Counted from the first letter of the whole stretch, positions 1 through 11,964 are shown. The stretch: 63,455 nucleotides of DNA, filler included, from Octopus bimaculoides (GCF_001194135.2; 7 parts of 6 records of this genome joined end to end with filler, not necessarily neighbours in it); one strand, 5' to 3'. Notes: generated by a model not told the origin, from the sequence alone. Made by a program: numbers and translations.

Positions 1-375
1 AGCAGTTTTGTATCTAATGGCGGTAGGTAGTTTCACTACACTAGCCTCGCACCAGTCGGTTTGTCGAAAGCAAACAGACGAAATAAAAAAAAAGATGTAG
101 TGAAAAAGACTTAAGGAACGGTTGGTCTATTACTGGCATTTAGTCACCATTTTTGGAAAAGTTATGTGAACTTTTCACGTTGGGTGTACAGATCAGAAGG
201 GCTGTATGAACGAATCAACGTCGGGGGTCACCAATTGTAAGGAACGACCGTGCGAACTCAAAAAGGAGATATGGTGACGAATGGAAAAACAGAGGACTCC
301 TTTTATTTAAACGCGTCACACGGTCGAACACAAATATTAGATATACATATACATATATACGATATGTTTTTTTAT

Positions 376-1072
376 ATGTCCAAAGCTTACACTGGGTGCA
401 TCTTATGGAGCTTCAACCTACACATTTCCTACAGGTTGAGCAGAGCCATCTACCTGAAGGGATTTGCGATTTGTCTGCCTTCCTATTCACTAAGACTTTG
501 GTTTTTGCTAGTTTAATTCTAAGACCCTTTGATCCTAGACCTTGCTTCCATACCTGGAACTTCTCTAGTTCAGGTAGTGACTCAACTATAAGAGCAAGGT
601 CATCAGCATAGAAGCGCACCCAGGGGCAGCCTATCTTGAATTCCTCTGTAATTGCCTGGAGGACTATGATGAACAAGAGAGAACTGAGCACCAATCCTTG
701 GTGAACCCCTACTTATACCCTGAATTCTCCACTGTACTCATTGCCCACCCTCACTTTACTGGTAGCGTCTGGCTTGTACAGTTCTCACCAACCACTCATC
801 TATCCCTAGTTTCCGCATTGACCACCAGGTAAAGGATTATGGGACTCTGTCAAAATCTTTCTCCAAGTCAACAAAAGCCAAGTACAGAGGTTTATCTTTG
901 GCTAGGTGTTTCTCCTGCAGTCGCATTACCAGAAATATAGTATCAGTGATGTTTCTACCTGGCACAAAACCAAACTGCATCTTATCTAGACTAACTCTCT
1001 CTCTTTAATTAGTTGGGCTATGACTCTCTCTGCAACTTTCATCACCTGATCCAACAATTTGATATTGTAAAC
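376..1072 (-). mobile_element. Degenerate RTE-clade LINE fragment (RT domain to Cys-rich C-terminal region)
   Basis: Minus ORF 413-694 contains YADD (CPWVRFYADDLALIVE) and GRWLCSTCRK. It is homologous to the copy at 62410-63200. Frameshifts and stops lie upstream. Confidence 0.9.
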
Positions 1073-1889
1073 ATCCACAGAAAAAAGACACTCTTGGTAC
1101 ATGTCCTCAGATTGCATTGTCCTCAGATTGACACCCCAAAACTCTGAAATCTTTGTATTGGAGCTTCTGACATGAATGCCAAGCAGAACAGCATGCCGTT
1201 TCCAAATTTCTGGCTGTTGAATTGTGTCATGGTGCTGTTTTTCTCACAAATGGTGCCCAACAGACCCTACTGTACTGTGTAGTTGACAAAATCAAAAACA
1301 AGCAATACGCATGCAAGAAATTAAATATACAAAATGTTGACAATTTACCCATCGCACCCTCTATGTATGTAAATAGAATATACCTTGGAACCCTAGCTAA
1401 CTGTTTGCTGCTTGTCAGCTGTTGTAAATGGTGACAGATGTATGTCAGCTAAGTTTGCTGTGCTATTATTTTAAGGTATGTTAGTCAGGTTTGCAATATA
1501 TTTTTATTATTTTAATTCAGCCTACTCTTTAATACAGGCTTCCCAAACGAGTTTGTAAGTTTCAGTGAAAAAAATATTGAATGGTCAGAGCTTTGGAAGT
1601 GTTTTATAGTTTTCTGTCATGATTAGTGACACCTTACACTATAGGTTCAGATTTTATACCCTTTTATTATCATATTTTACTCCCTTCATTACCATATTTC
1701 TGTTGAAATACAATTCCTTTGTTTCAATTAATTTGAAAATAATAAAAATATTTATTAAAATTACTTTATCATTATGAAGCTGGTATACAAAACATAAATT
1801 AACATGATAGTTTATATGGAAAATTTTAATTTAGGTCACTTTAAAACAGGAAATTTGTATTAAAAAAAACAGAGAAAATTTCAGGTGTG

Positions 1890-2300
1890 TTGGAATCAAA
1901 AGTGTTGGTGCTTTACATTATGAATTCAAATCCCACCAAGGTCAGCTCTGCCTTCTATCCTTTTTTGGATCAATAAAATAAAGTAGCAGCTAAGCACTAG
2001 AGTCAGTGTGTCACCTACTTCTACATCTGCCTCTAACATTGCTGGCCTTGTGCCAAAACTTGAAACAGTTATTGATTAAAGAAAGCAGAGTTGTTACATC
2101 ATCTAAAAAAGCTTTGTGGTATTTGCTCTGACTCCTTACATTCTGAGATCAAGTCCCATTGAGGTCAACATTACTTTCCCTCTCTCCAGGGTCGATAAAA
2201 TAAAGTAGCAGTCAAGCACTAGGGCCAATTGTTTTGACAACCCCCACCTCTACTCCTTTCAAAATTGCTGGCTTTGTGTCCCAATTAGGAAGCATTATTG
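1890..2300 (+). mobile_element. Two tandem degenerate tRNA-derived SINEs (family A)
   Basis: B-box-like gaattcaaatccc followed by the conserved core gaggtca..tttgcctttcatcctttcggggtcgataaaataagtac seen in about 20 copies across the window. Confidence 0.75.
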
Positions 2301-2939
2301 TAATTAACTTTTGTTATCTCTACTCAAGTTAGAATTGTAGCACAGAAGTATCTTGTGAACATTAAAACAAAAAAAAACAAAAAAACCTTCATTATTATTT
2401 AATGTTCATTACACCATTTAACTGTAAAATCGTCTTCAATGAGCTGATCATAGTTTTTTAAAGTAGGAACAACAAGAATTAAGACCTTAATTTCTTTGTT
2501 CTCTGTAAGGTCAAAAATTATCAAAACCTCTTTAAAATAATATGAACTATTGCTAGTACACTGGACAAAATGTCATGGCACATTCTGCCAGTTTGTGGCT
2601 CACCAAAATAGCACCAGTTCTAATGATATTTCACAATTCATAGCCTTTAACCTTTTGTATGTCCAAAGTATTTTCATAAGATTGTCCTAAACTTCCATGT
2701 TTGTTTTCAGACTTTTAGTTAGCTCTAGTTTCATGATTTGAGTAAAATAAAGCTTTCTTTTTCACAAGTCCCAAGTTACTCCAGTGGTTGAAAAGATTGG
2801 GAGTATGTATCACATATAATGCATGGACACCAAGGAAGTATGCTCTGTGCATCATATGTGGTATTCGGAACAGGCAAAGGATTGTTATTGATAGTCACTC
2901 CTGTAATTAATTATTTGACTAGAAAATCAGGAATATCTT

Positions 2940-3250
2940 TTATCTTTTACTTGTTTCAGTCATTAGACTGCAGCCATGCTGGGGCACCCCCCTTGAGAAA
3001 GTTTTAGTTGAATGAATTGACCCCCCAGGACTTAATTTTTTTGCTAAGTCTGGTTCTTATTCTATCTGTCTCTCTTACCAAACTCATATATGTATATATA
3101 CATGATGGGCTTCTTCCAGTTTTCGTCTACCAAATTCACTCACAAGGCTTTGGTCAACCCAAGGCTGTAGTAGAAGACACTTGCCCAAGGTGCAATGCAG
3201 TGGATATGAACCCAGAACCGCGTGGTTAGGAAGTAAGCTTCTTATCACAA
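2940..3250 (-). mobile_element. Partial tRNA/CORE-like SINE (family B)
   Basis: ttttacttgtttcagtcatt tail and ttcgtctaccaaattcactcacaaggctttggtc body match the copies at 44282 and 61764. Confidence 0.75.
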
Positions 3251-3710
3251 AAGCAAACCTGACAATTCTTACAAGTTGATCTAAGATCTAAGAAAAAAGT
3301 TTTAAATATGATGGAAAAATTTATAAATTCTATAATGCTCAAACACTTATACATGTGTACATCTGTGAAACTTAAGAAAGCTGTCAGTTGGAGGAAGAGG
3401 AGCTATACTAAACAAAGTGGTAGTGGGGACAATAAGAAAGAGAGAGAAGAGTGTTTGGTGGAAGGTTGTGGTAATAGTCAGAGAGAGAAAGTTAAAGAAA
3501 TAAGGAACACATACATATAAACACATATACTCACATACATGCATATGCAGCAATACTAGGAACTGCAGTAATTTTTTGTTAAAGTATGTATGTATATATG
3601 AATGTATGTACGCATGCATACATACATACATACATACATACATACATACATACATACATACATGTATGCATGTATGTGGAGTAAAAGAAACTTAGAAATG
3701 GTCTTTTTAC

Positions 3711-3884
3711 CTGTACATTCTGGTTGTGGTTCCCAACGACCATTTTTGTCACAATAGATGGTATTTCCAGATTTTGCCTCAAAGTTCTCAAAGCATTCAA
3801 ATGTAGCATTGTTTCCAGTATTAAATCCTGTGGCATGTGTCCAACGTCCTCCCTCTAAAATTGGAACTGGTCCACAATAGTTAT
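3711..3884 (-). CDS. Sushi/CCP-domain exon (phase 1-1) of a CUB-Sushi extracellular protein
   Basis: tttcag acceptor and gtaaaa donor flank 174 nt: (D)NYCGPVPILEGGRWTHATGFNTGNNATFECFENFEAKSGNTIYCDKNGRWEPQPECT. Four Cys plus the G-x-W...P-x-C Sushi pattern. Confidence 0.85.
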
Positions 3885-5062
3885 CTGAAAATAAAAGGTT
3901 GAATTGTCAGACAATGGCATTGTTACTGGGTGCCAGGTAATCATTTCCAGCTGAGAAGACTGATATTACAGGTGGAAACAATTCAATTTTTGTAGGCACA
4001 TTCTTTTCTCTTCATAGAAAACATGATCAGGAATTACCTGTAGGTACACCATATTTTGTTATGCACCATAATATACCACTAAGTTGATACTGTGTCATAT
4101 TGTATTAGCTGTGCTATTAAATTGCATGTTGAGGTTATTGCTACAGATTTTCTATAGAAAATTTGTTGAGATTCCCTTGACATGTGATGATCAAGAATAT
4201 CCATATTCTAGCAATATATATATTTATAAAACATACCTTAGTAAAACATTAGAATTCAAATTAACGTGATCTGTTCTGAACCTTTTAGTTCATTTTAGTT
4301 GCACCTTCAAAACACCAAACAGAATTTTGCTACCTCCCATTCTTTAACAAAAATGGCTTCGCACCTAATACTCTTGAGGATAAAATCACGAAAATTTCCT
4401 GTTATAATTCCAATCCCATACTTTACAAATGACCAACAGTCCTCTCATATTCTTCTACTCTGTTCTATTGTTCCTGATTGTGAAAACTTTAATGACCTTT
4501 CCAACCCAAAAAGGGACTGCTTCTGAAAATGTGCACCCCAAACTCTCTCACTTCATTCCCACTGGGATTTTCAATTTATGTTTGACAATGGCAATTTAAC
4601 CCAATCACATGACAACATCTCTTATTCCTAAGAAGAAAAAGAGATATTGTTTCTGATCCTTCCATTTCCAGACCTATTGTCATTGCTTCTAACATCTCAT
4701 AGGTAATGAAGACAGTTCCTAATGGCAACTGTCTTTCTCAACTTAAGTTTCTTCTCTTTGGATTAGTTACAGTTTCCATAGAACCACATCACTTGGAGCC
4801 TTGCTGTTAGATCTTCATATACTGACAGAGTAATAAACAAAATACAGATTTCTCAGAACCTTTGGTTTCAAAGTTATTCTGAAATACTGTTTCTTTTTTT
4901 TTTTTCCAAACCATAGTAGCTCACATTCTGAATTAAACAAATATCAAATTTACTTGAATAATTAAATGAAACACAGGAACCTGTATATTAGTATAAATGA
5001 TACAAATTTATTAATTCTGTACTATGCAAGGTATCAGTTCACTAGTATGGTAGTAATGCTCC

Positions 5063-5443
5063 GGAGGCACAATGGCCCAGTGGTTAGGGCAGCGGACTTG
5101 TGGTCGTAGGATTGCGGTTTCGATTCCCAGACTGGGCGTTGTGAGTGTTTATTGAGCGAAAACGCCTAAAGCTCCACGAGGCTCCGGAAGGGGATAGTGG
5201 CGAACCCTGCTGTACTCTTCCACCACAACTTTCTCTCACTCTTAGTTCCTGTTTCTGTTGTGCCTGTGATTCAAATGGTCAGCCTTGTCACACTGTATCA
5301 TGCTGAATATCCCCGAGAACTACGTTAAGGGTACACATGTCTGTGGAGTGCTCAGCCACTTGCACGTTAATTTCACGAGTAGGCTGTTCAGTTGATCGGA
5401 TCAACTGGAACCCTTGACGTCGTAAGCGATGGAGTGCCAACAC
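5063..5443 (+). mobile_element. Full-length tRNA-derived SINE (family D)
   Basis: A box tggcccagtggttagggc and B box ggtttcgattccc, then a unique body. A diverged relative lies at about 27940-28235. Confidence 0.8.
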
Positions 5444-5629
5444 ACAGTAATGCTCCAGATTATCAATGTTCAGAAAGGTTGTGTCGTACCTATATCTGTA
5501 TATTACAGAAAAATTAACATATTGCCAGTAGGAAGTGTCAGCTGTGTAACCTAATTAAAAATTGAAAGAAAATAGACAAATTAACTTAAATGAAAGAAAT
5601 AAAATTAAGTATTTCCACATAATAATTAC

Positions 5630-5795
5630 CTCCATAAAATGTAGCGTTGAAACCAACACCAGCAGTGTTGGCACTTGTCTTTAATCTTAAAATGAATTTT
5701 CCAGAATTTGAACTTAGAATAGGAGGAACTGTAGTTCCTGTAAAACCCTCACCCTGGTGCAACTTGTTTTCATCAGAAATAGTTCCATTGTAGAC
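5630..5795 (-). CDS. CUB-domain C-terminal-half exon (phase 0-1)
   Basis: ttaacag acceptor and gtaatt donor flank 166 nt: VYNGTISDENKLHQGEGFTGTTVPPILSSNSGKFILRLKTSANTAGVGFNATFYG, with CUB-type VY.G, F.G...P and GFNA.F motifs. It splices in frame to the Sushi exon (FYG|DNYC). Confidence 0.8.
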
Positions 5796-6072
5796 CTGTT
5801 AACATAAAGAAGACAGTTTTAGTTGTTTTAATTAACTCAGAACATATACAATATATCTGTAAGATAGAACTACTGTCTAAAGCATGTATGCATACCCACA
5901 TACACATATACTTACATTCATACATGTACTTACGTATACATATTTGTGTGTGTAGCTGATGAAGGAAATGTTCTCTATGTAACCTGTGCGTTTTCTGGGC
6001 TCTGTTTATGTTCTGTTTTTCATTTTGTCCACGTTTTTTTGTGATGTCCTGTACCCAGATATACATCTATAT

Positions 6073-6574
6073 ATACATGTAGATGTAGGTATGTACATAC
6101 ATGTACGTATATATGCATATACTCACATATTATTTGTATTATATATATATATATAATAATAATATTAGGGACAAAATCCAAAATTACAGGTAAAAACTCA
6201 ATTAAAATCAATTTATAAAAAATTAAAATTAAATTGAGCTTTATAGATTAAAATATATATAAAATATATAGTTTTAGGGGAAATAACCAAGTTTCAAGAA
6301 CTCATCTATGAAAATCCANNNNNNNNNNATACATGTAGATGTAGGTATGTACATACATGTACGTATATATGCATATACTCACATATTATTTGTATTATAT
6401 ATATATATATAATAATAATATTAGGGACAAAATCCAAAATTACAGGTAAAAACTCAATTAAAATCAATTTATAAAAAATTAAAATTAAATTGAGCTTTAT
6501 AGATTAAAATATATATAAAATATATAGTTTTAGGGGAAATAACCAAGTTTCAAGAACTCATCTATGAAAATCCA
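6073..6574. other. About 246-bp direct duplication across a 10-N gap (unmerged contig overlap)
   Basis: 6073-6318 is repeated essentially identically at 6329-6574, on either side of N(6319-6328). Confidence 0.85.
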
Positions 6575-6789
6575 CTATCACATATAGAAAAATTAATAAT
6601 TAAAAGCACAATAAATGAGCATAATATAAAACAAAGTAAATATCATAATATTATCTTTATCTTATGATATTTACTTTGTTTTATATTATACGCATTTATT
6701 GTGCTTTTAATTATTAATTTTTCTATATGGGATAGTGGATTTTCATCGATGAGTTCTTGAAACTTGGTTGTTTTCCCTAAAACTATATA
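6521..6789. repeat. Long inverted repeat, about 128-bp arms and 13-nt spacer
   Basis: 6521-6648 is the reverse complement of 6662-6789, with about 6 mismatches counted by eye. Confidence 0.9.
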
Positions 6790-6846
6790 TATATATATAT
6801 ATATATCAAATATATATAAACTAATATATATATATGTAACATACTC

Positions 6847-6883
<37 letters not shown>

Positions 6884-7467
6884 TATAAACACAGATGCAC
6901 ACATATTATTTCTATGAGAATCATTGTGCTCTTTCCTGCTGGCTTGTGAGTTGGCATAGAGAGTGATTGTCTTATATACTCAGGTATGTGCCTTGAGGAC
7001 TTCCTAAGCCTATCACTGTCTTTGTCAGGCTCCAAAGAGCTCATTTGTTTTTCTCATGACAAACAACAGGATTTGAACTCCAAGTACATTAAAACAGAGA
7101 GATTTGACTGGAGTCTGTAACCATGCTTATTTATTATAATCAATATAAAAACAAAATATTTAAATGGTGAGCTGGTGAAACTGTTAGCACAGCAGACAAA
7201 ATGCTTAGTGGCATTTCATCCGTCTTCACATCCTAAGTTCAGATTCTGCTGCGGTCAGCTTTGCCTTTCCTCCTTTCAGAGTCAATGAAACAAGTACTGG
7301 TCAAGCACTGGGGCTGATGTAATCAACTAGCCCCTACTTCAAAATTCAGGCCTTATGGAAACAGCAAGGGCTGCTGTTGTGTTCACATGCTCAGTTCTCA
7401 TTCGTATATAAAATGAAAGATAACCCTTTAGCATTTAAACCAGCTATATTTGGCCCAAATATGTTAC

Positions 7468-7561
7468 ATTCTTTTATTCTTTTACTTGTTTCAGTCATTT
7501 TGACTGTGACTGTGCTGAAGCACCACCTTTTAGTTGAAGAAATCAACCCCTGGACTTATTC
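7468..7561 (-). mobile_element. 3' tail fragment of family B SINE ending 3 nt before the kinesin ATG
   Basis: ttcttttacttgtttcagtcattt...tagttgaagaaatcaacccctggacttattc matches the tail at 53797-53870 and 61764-61840. Confidence 0.85.
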
Positions 7562-7564
7562 AAG

Positions 7565-7787
7565 ATGTCTGCTGAATGTGTGAAAGTAATAGTTCGCTGT
7601 CGTCCAATGAACGAGAGGGAAAATAATCTCAACTGTAAAACAGTAGTGAAGATTGATGGTACTCGAGCACAGTGCATTATTAACAATCCCGCGGATGAGT
7701 CATCCCCACCTAAAATATTCACTTTTGATGGAGCATATGATAAAGATTCTTTAACTGAACAGATATATAATGAAATTTCATATCCCT
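7565..7787 (+). CDS. KIF17: Kinesin-2 family KIF17/OSM-3 first coding exon (motor N-terminus), truncated by scaffold end
   Basis: MSAECVKVIVRCRPMNERE...AQCIINNP...PPKIFTFDGAY...TEQIYNEISYP closely parallels vertebrate KIF17 as I recall it (VKVVVRCRPMNQRE...FTFDGAY...TEQIYNEIAYP). Confidence 0.9.
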
Positions 7788-7887
7788 NNNNNNNNNNNNN
7801 NNNNNNNNNNNNNNNNNNNNNNNNNNNNNNNTTAATTAATTAANNNNNNNNNNNNNNNNNNNNNNNNNNNNNNNNNNNNNNNNNNNN
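7788..7887. other. Artificial scaffold spacer 1
   Basis: 44 N + TTAATTAATTAA (stops in all six frames) + 44 N. Confidence 0.95.
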
Positions 7888-7977
7888 CTCCAGCTGGAGG
7901 AGATGTCCTCCTGGGGCTAAAAGCAACAGTAACATCCACCCCTAGGGGTCAGCCACACTTAAGTGGCAATATACTAC

Positions 7978-8022
<45 letters not shown>

Positions 8023-8129
8023 TCACACATGTATATATTATATTAATATTATACTAAATATATATATGGATATATATATATAAAATGTCAATTTTTAATT
8101 GTGTTTTTTTTTGTTTTTTACTTTTTTAG

Positions 8130-8236
8130 GCAGAACACATTCAAAATGTAAACTTGATAAAACAGAAAGATCAAGAGATAATCATCTTACAGATGGACTT
8201 GAAAGATTTAAGGAAAAGAGTCATCAAGTTAACACG
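8130..8236 (+). CDS. FYCO1: FYCO1-like exon, coiled-coil region
   Basis: ttttag acceptor and gtagat donor: AEHIQNVNLIKQKDQEIIILQMDLKDLRKRVIKLT+CG. The phase 2 end joins in frame to 9838. Confidence 0.75.
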
Positions 8237-8504
8237 GTAGATACATTTTAAAATTTATATTGCTTTTACAATAACCAAGGGATTTTGTATTAGCGACACT
8301 AAAGCATGCAGAATTGTTAAAGCATCAGACGAAATTCCCTGTGCTATTTATCGCTTCCGGTTCTCTACATTCTTAGTTCAAATCCCGAGAAAGTCAATAT
8401 TGCCTTTCATCCTTCTGGAGTCAATAAAATAAAATACTTGTCAAGTATTGATATTTGATGCGATTAATTAATCGTTATCATCATCATCACCATCATCATT
8501 ATCG

Positions 8505-8830
8505 TCGTCGTCGTCATCATCATCATCATCACCATCATCATTTAGCATCTGTTTTCCATGCTGGCATGGGTTAGATAGTTTGTGGCACTTGTAGGCTGGA
8601 GAGCTGCACCAGGCTCTAGTCTATTTTGGCTTGATTTCTATGGTTAGATGCCTTTCCAAACACCAACCACTCCATAGAGTGTACAGGTTTTTTTTTCATG
8701 TATCACTGACATAGGTGCCTCGTATGTGTCACTGGCACAGGTGTCATGCACGTATCACTGGCATAAGTGCCTCTTACATGTCACTGGCACAGGTACCTTC
8801 TATGTGTCACTGGCACAGATGTCTCTTACG
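8505..8830 (-). mobile_element. RTE 3' end fragment with (ATC)n tail and about 30-bp subrepeats
   Basis: catcatcat...ttttccatgctggcatgggtt...gatgcctttccaaacaccaaccactcc matches the reverse complement of 63300-63455. Confidence 0.75.
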
Positions 8831-9203
8831 TGTCACCAATTAACAAAATTGTGGACCATTATATTTCAACTTGAAATACATTTTTTGAAAAAACTAAACA
8901 AAAAACGAATTTATATATATTTTTGGTCATTTTAAGTAAATTGTTTTTCATTCTAGGCTATATTTAATTGCAGAAGTAGGTTTATGTTAGATTTAGGGAG
9001 CCATAATTCTAAAGATGTGAACTGGGCGTGTTGTGTTCTTGAGCTAAACACTTTATTTCATGTTGCTCCAGTCTACTCCACTGAAAAAATGAGTAATCCT
9101 GCAACAGACCAGTGTCCCGTCCAGGTGGGGAATATATATATGTCATGGAAACCAGGCTTTATGAGTTGGTATGACTCAAGAAGGAAACGTTTTTTTTTAT
9201 ATA

Positions 9204-9687
9204 CTGTAAATCTTTGAGTATAATCCGCATTTTTTTCCCAAAATTTAAAGGCCAAATCCCCAGTGCGTACTATATAACAGGTTAAAAATGAAAAATATTT
9301 TCTAAGCAATGTCCGAGTGTCTATTTGCTGTCCGGCAACGTTTATTCAGGCGCATTTTGTGATGTCGGGCTTGTAACTGATAGTGATAAATATGTAAAGA
9401 CAATTTACTTAATATTTATTTTTCACTGATGTTATTACTGTTATTTCTTTATTTTCTGCAAAGTGCACAAAAAAGCTACATGTTTGCATTATGTTATATA
9501 TACAATAATAATAAAGGACGTCACTGTATATACGTTTACAAACCAAGGACGTTATATAGACCTCCTTGACTGAAGTTAGAGAAGAGGTGCGTATTATACA
9601 CAAGGTTTAGGTTTTATCAGAGGTACAGCCCCCTAAAAATCCCCTGCGTATTATACTCAAGGGCGGACTATACTCGAGGATTTACGG
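9204..9687. mobile_element. Tc1/mariner-superfamily (Tc2-like) MITE, 484 bp
   Basis: TIRs ctgtaaatctttgagtataatccgc and (reverse complement) ccgtaaatcctcgagtatagtccgc, with TA on both flanks. Confidence 0.75.
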
Positions 9688-9837
9688 TATATATAGTCAG
9701 TAAAAGATTAAGGAGCACTGGGCATAAACAGAACAGTAGTAACTATTATTATTTGGGAAGTATACATATAAAGATGTTTTTTTTCTTTTCATTTTTACAA
9801 TGTTTGAATGAAGTTATCTTCATTTGGTATCTTACAG

Positions 9838-9976
9838 AGAGAAAGACCATCTGTGGAAGCAGACTGACAAACTTGCTTACCATCGGAGATTAGAAGCGAA
9901 TAAGAAGTGGATGGACAATAATGAAGTTAACAACTGTCTAGGCTGTAATGCTGTATTTTCATTTACTCTACGGAAA
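9838..9976 (+). CDS. FYCO1: FYCO1-like exon, end of coiled coil and start of FYVE domain
   Basis: ttacag acceptor and gtaagc donor: (R)EKDHLWKQTDKLAYHRRLEANKKWMDNNEVNNCLGCNAVFSFTLRK, which parallels recalled FYCO1 DKDALWQKSDAL...RWLGDTEANHCLDC. Confidence 0.85.
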
Positions 9977-10147
9977 GTAAGCTTTCAACTGTTCTTCTAT
10001 ATTGATTTCTTTCTTTCTTTTCTATTTCGGGGTTGGGGGTGGGGGGCACTAGCCCTGAGATCATATGGTTGGGAAGTAAGCTTCTCAGCTACACAGCCAC
10101 ACCTTTGCCTATACCATACCAGCCTGTGTCTATATATATGTGTGAGC

Positions 10148-10192
<45 letters not shown>

Positions 10193-10202
10193 CACATATG
10201 TA

Positions 10203-10506
10203 AAAGACATTCGAGTGAGATCGTTGCCAGTGCCGATGGACTGGCTCCTGTGCAGGTGGCCCGTAAAATACACCATTTCGAGCATGGCTGTCGCCAGTAC
10301 CACCTGACTGGCCCTAATGCTGGTGACACGTAAAACACCCACTACACTCTTGGAGTGTTTGGCATTAGGAAGGGCATCCAGCTGTAGAAACTCTGCCAAA
10401 TCAGATTGGAACCTGGTGTCACCTCCTGGTCCACCAGTCCTCAGTCAAATCGTCCAACCCATGCTAGCATGGAAAGCGGACGTTAAATGACGATGATGAT
10501 GATGAT
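10203..10506 (+). mobile_element. RTE 3' UTR fragment ending in (GAT)n
   Basis: ggaagggcatccagctgtagaaactctgcc...ggaaagcggacgttaaatgacgatgatg is the same end as the RT-bearing copy at 63208-63455. Confidence 0.85.
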
Positions 10507-11221
10507 GTAGTGGTGTTGCATAGAGTAGTGGTTAGCGTGTTGGACTCATGATTGAAAGATTGTGGTTTCAATTCCTGGACTGGGCAATGCATTGTGTTCT
10601 TGAGCACAACACTTCATTCCACATTGCTCCAGTCCACTCAACTGGTAAAAGTGAGTAATCCTGCAACTGACGAGTGTCCTGTCCTGGGAGAAATATATAC
10701 ACCAGAGAAACCAGGAAACCAACATTACAGAGTAATGTGGACTAACCTTCATCATCATCATCATCATCATCATCATACATCTATTTTCCATGATGGCATG
10801 GGTTGAATGGTTTGATAGAAAGTGACCATCTGGAAATCTGCCTGGGCTTCATATCTGTTTAGGCATGATTTCTATAGCCGGATGCCCTTCCTAATGCCAA
10901 CCACATTACAGAGTGTACTGGGTGCTTTTATGCAGCACCAGCATAGGTGCTTTTATGTGGCACCAGCATCCATGGGCCCGGTATATATATATAAAAACAC
11001 ACACACACACATATGATATATATATATATATATATATAAATTAACAGAATGAGATAAAAATCCAAGGCTGTGAAAGATTTCAGAACATTTATAAATAGAA
11101 AGTCTTACAGCTGTTTCTGGGATATTTTACATATCCCTTCATTGGAGACGGTGTGAGAAAATGGTGAAGCAATAGTTATTCTAGATAAGATATAAAATAC
11201 ACATATATATATATATATAGC

Positions 11222-11625
11222 AGCTGTCTGGCTTCTGTGCCGGTGGCACGTAAATAGCACCATTTGAGTGTGATCGTTACTAACATCGCCTTGCTGGCAC
11301 TTGTGCTGGTGGCACATAAAAAAACATTCGAGCGAGGTCGTTGCCAGTATTTCTGGACTGGCTCCTGTGCAGGTGGCACGTAAAAAACACCATTTGAGCA
11401 TGGCCGTTGCCAATACTGCCTGACTTGGTCCTTGTGCCGGTGGCATGTAAAAGCACCCATTACACTCTCGGAGTGGTTGGCATTAAGAAGGGCATCCAGC
11501 TGTAGAAACTCTGCCAGATCAGATTGGAGTCTGTTGCAGCCATCTGGTTTGCCAGTCCTCAGTCATATCGTCCAACCCATGCCAGCATGGAAAGCGGACG
11601 TTAAACAATGATGATAATGATGATG
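11222..11625 (+). mobile_element. RTE 3' UTR fragment with about four 60-bp internal repeats
   Basis: Repeated ggtggcacgtaaaaa(g)caccattcgagc units, then the same terminal motif. Confidence 0.85.
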
Positions 11626-11933
11626 ATATATATATATATATATATATANNNNNNNNNNNNNNNNNNNNNNNNNNNNNNNNNNNNNNNNNNNNNNNNNNNN
11701 NNNNNNNNNNNNNNNNNNNNNNNNNNNNNNNNNNNNNNNNNNNNNNNNNNNNNNNNNNNNNNNNNNNNNNNNNNNNNNNNNNNNNNNNNNNNNNNNNNNN
11801 NNNNNNNNNNNNNNNNNNNNNNNNNNNNNNNNNNNNNNNNNNNNNNNNNNNNNNNNNNNNNNNNNNNNNNNNNNNNNNNNNNNNNNNNNNNNNNNNNNNN
11901 NNNNNNNNNNNNNNNNNNNNNNNNNNNNNNNNN

Positions 11934-11964
<31 letters not shown>

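Noticed and set aside
5068-5145. tRNA-like cloverleaf heads here and at 10520, 13620, 22550 and 27945
   Set aside because: They continue into SINE bodies and lack clean acceptor and anticodon stems. These are SINE heads, not tRNA genes.
5490-5550. Possible 61-nt minus-strand exon after the CUB exon (GYTADTSYWQYVNFSVIYRY)
   Set aside because: It ends in phase 2, incompatible with the phase-1 Sushi exon, whereas CUB splices directly in frame.
6900-7044. Minus-strand frame SSRHIPEYIRQSLSMPTHKPAGKS
   Set aside because: No clear splice sites and not CUB-like. It faintly recalls a PLE GIY-YIG segment but is too short to call.
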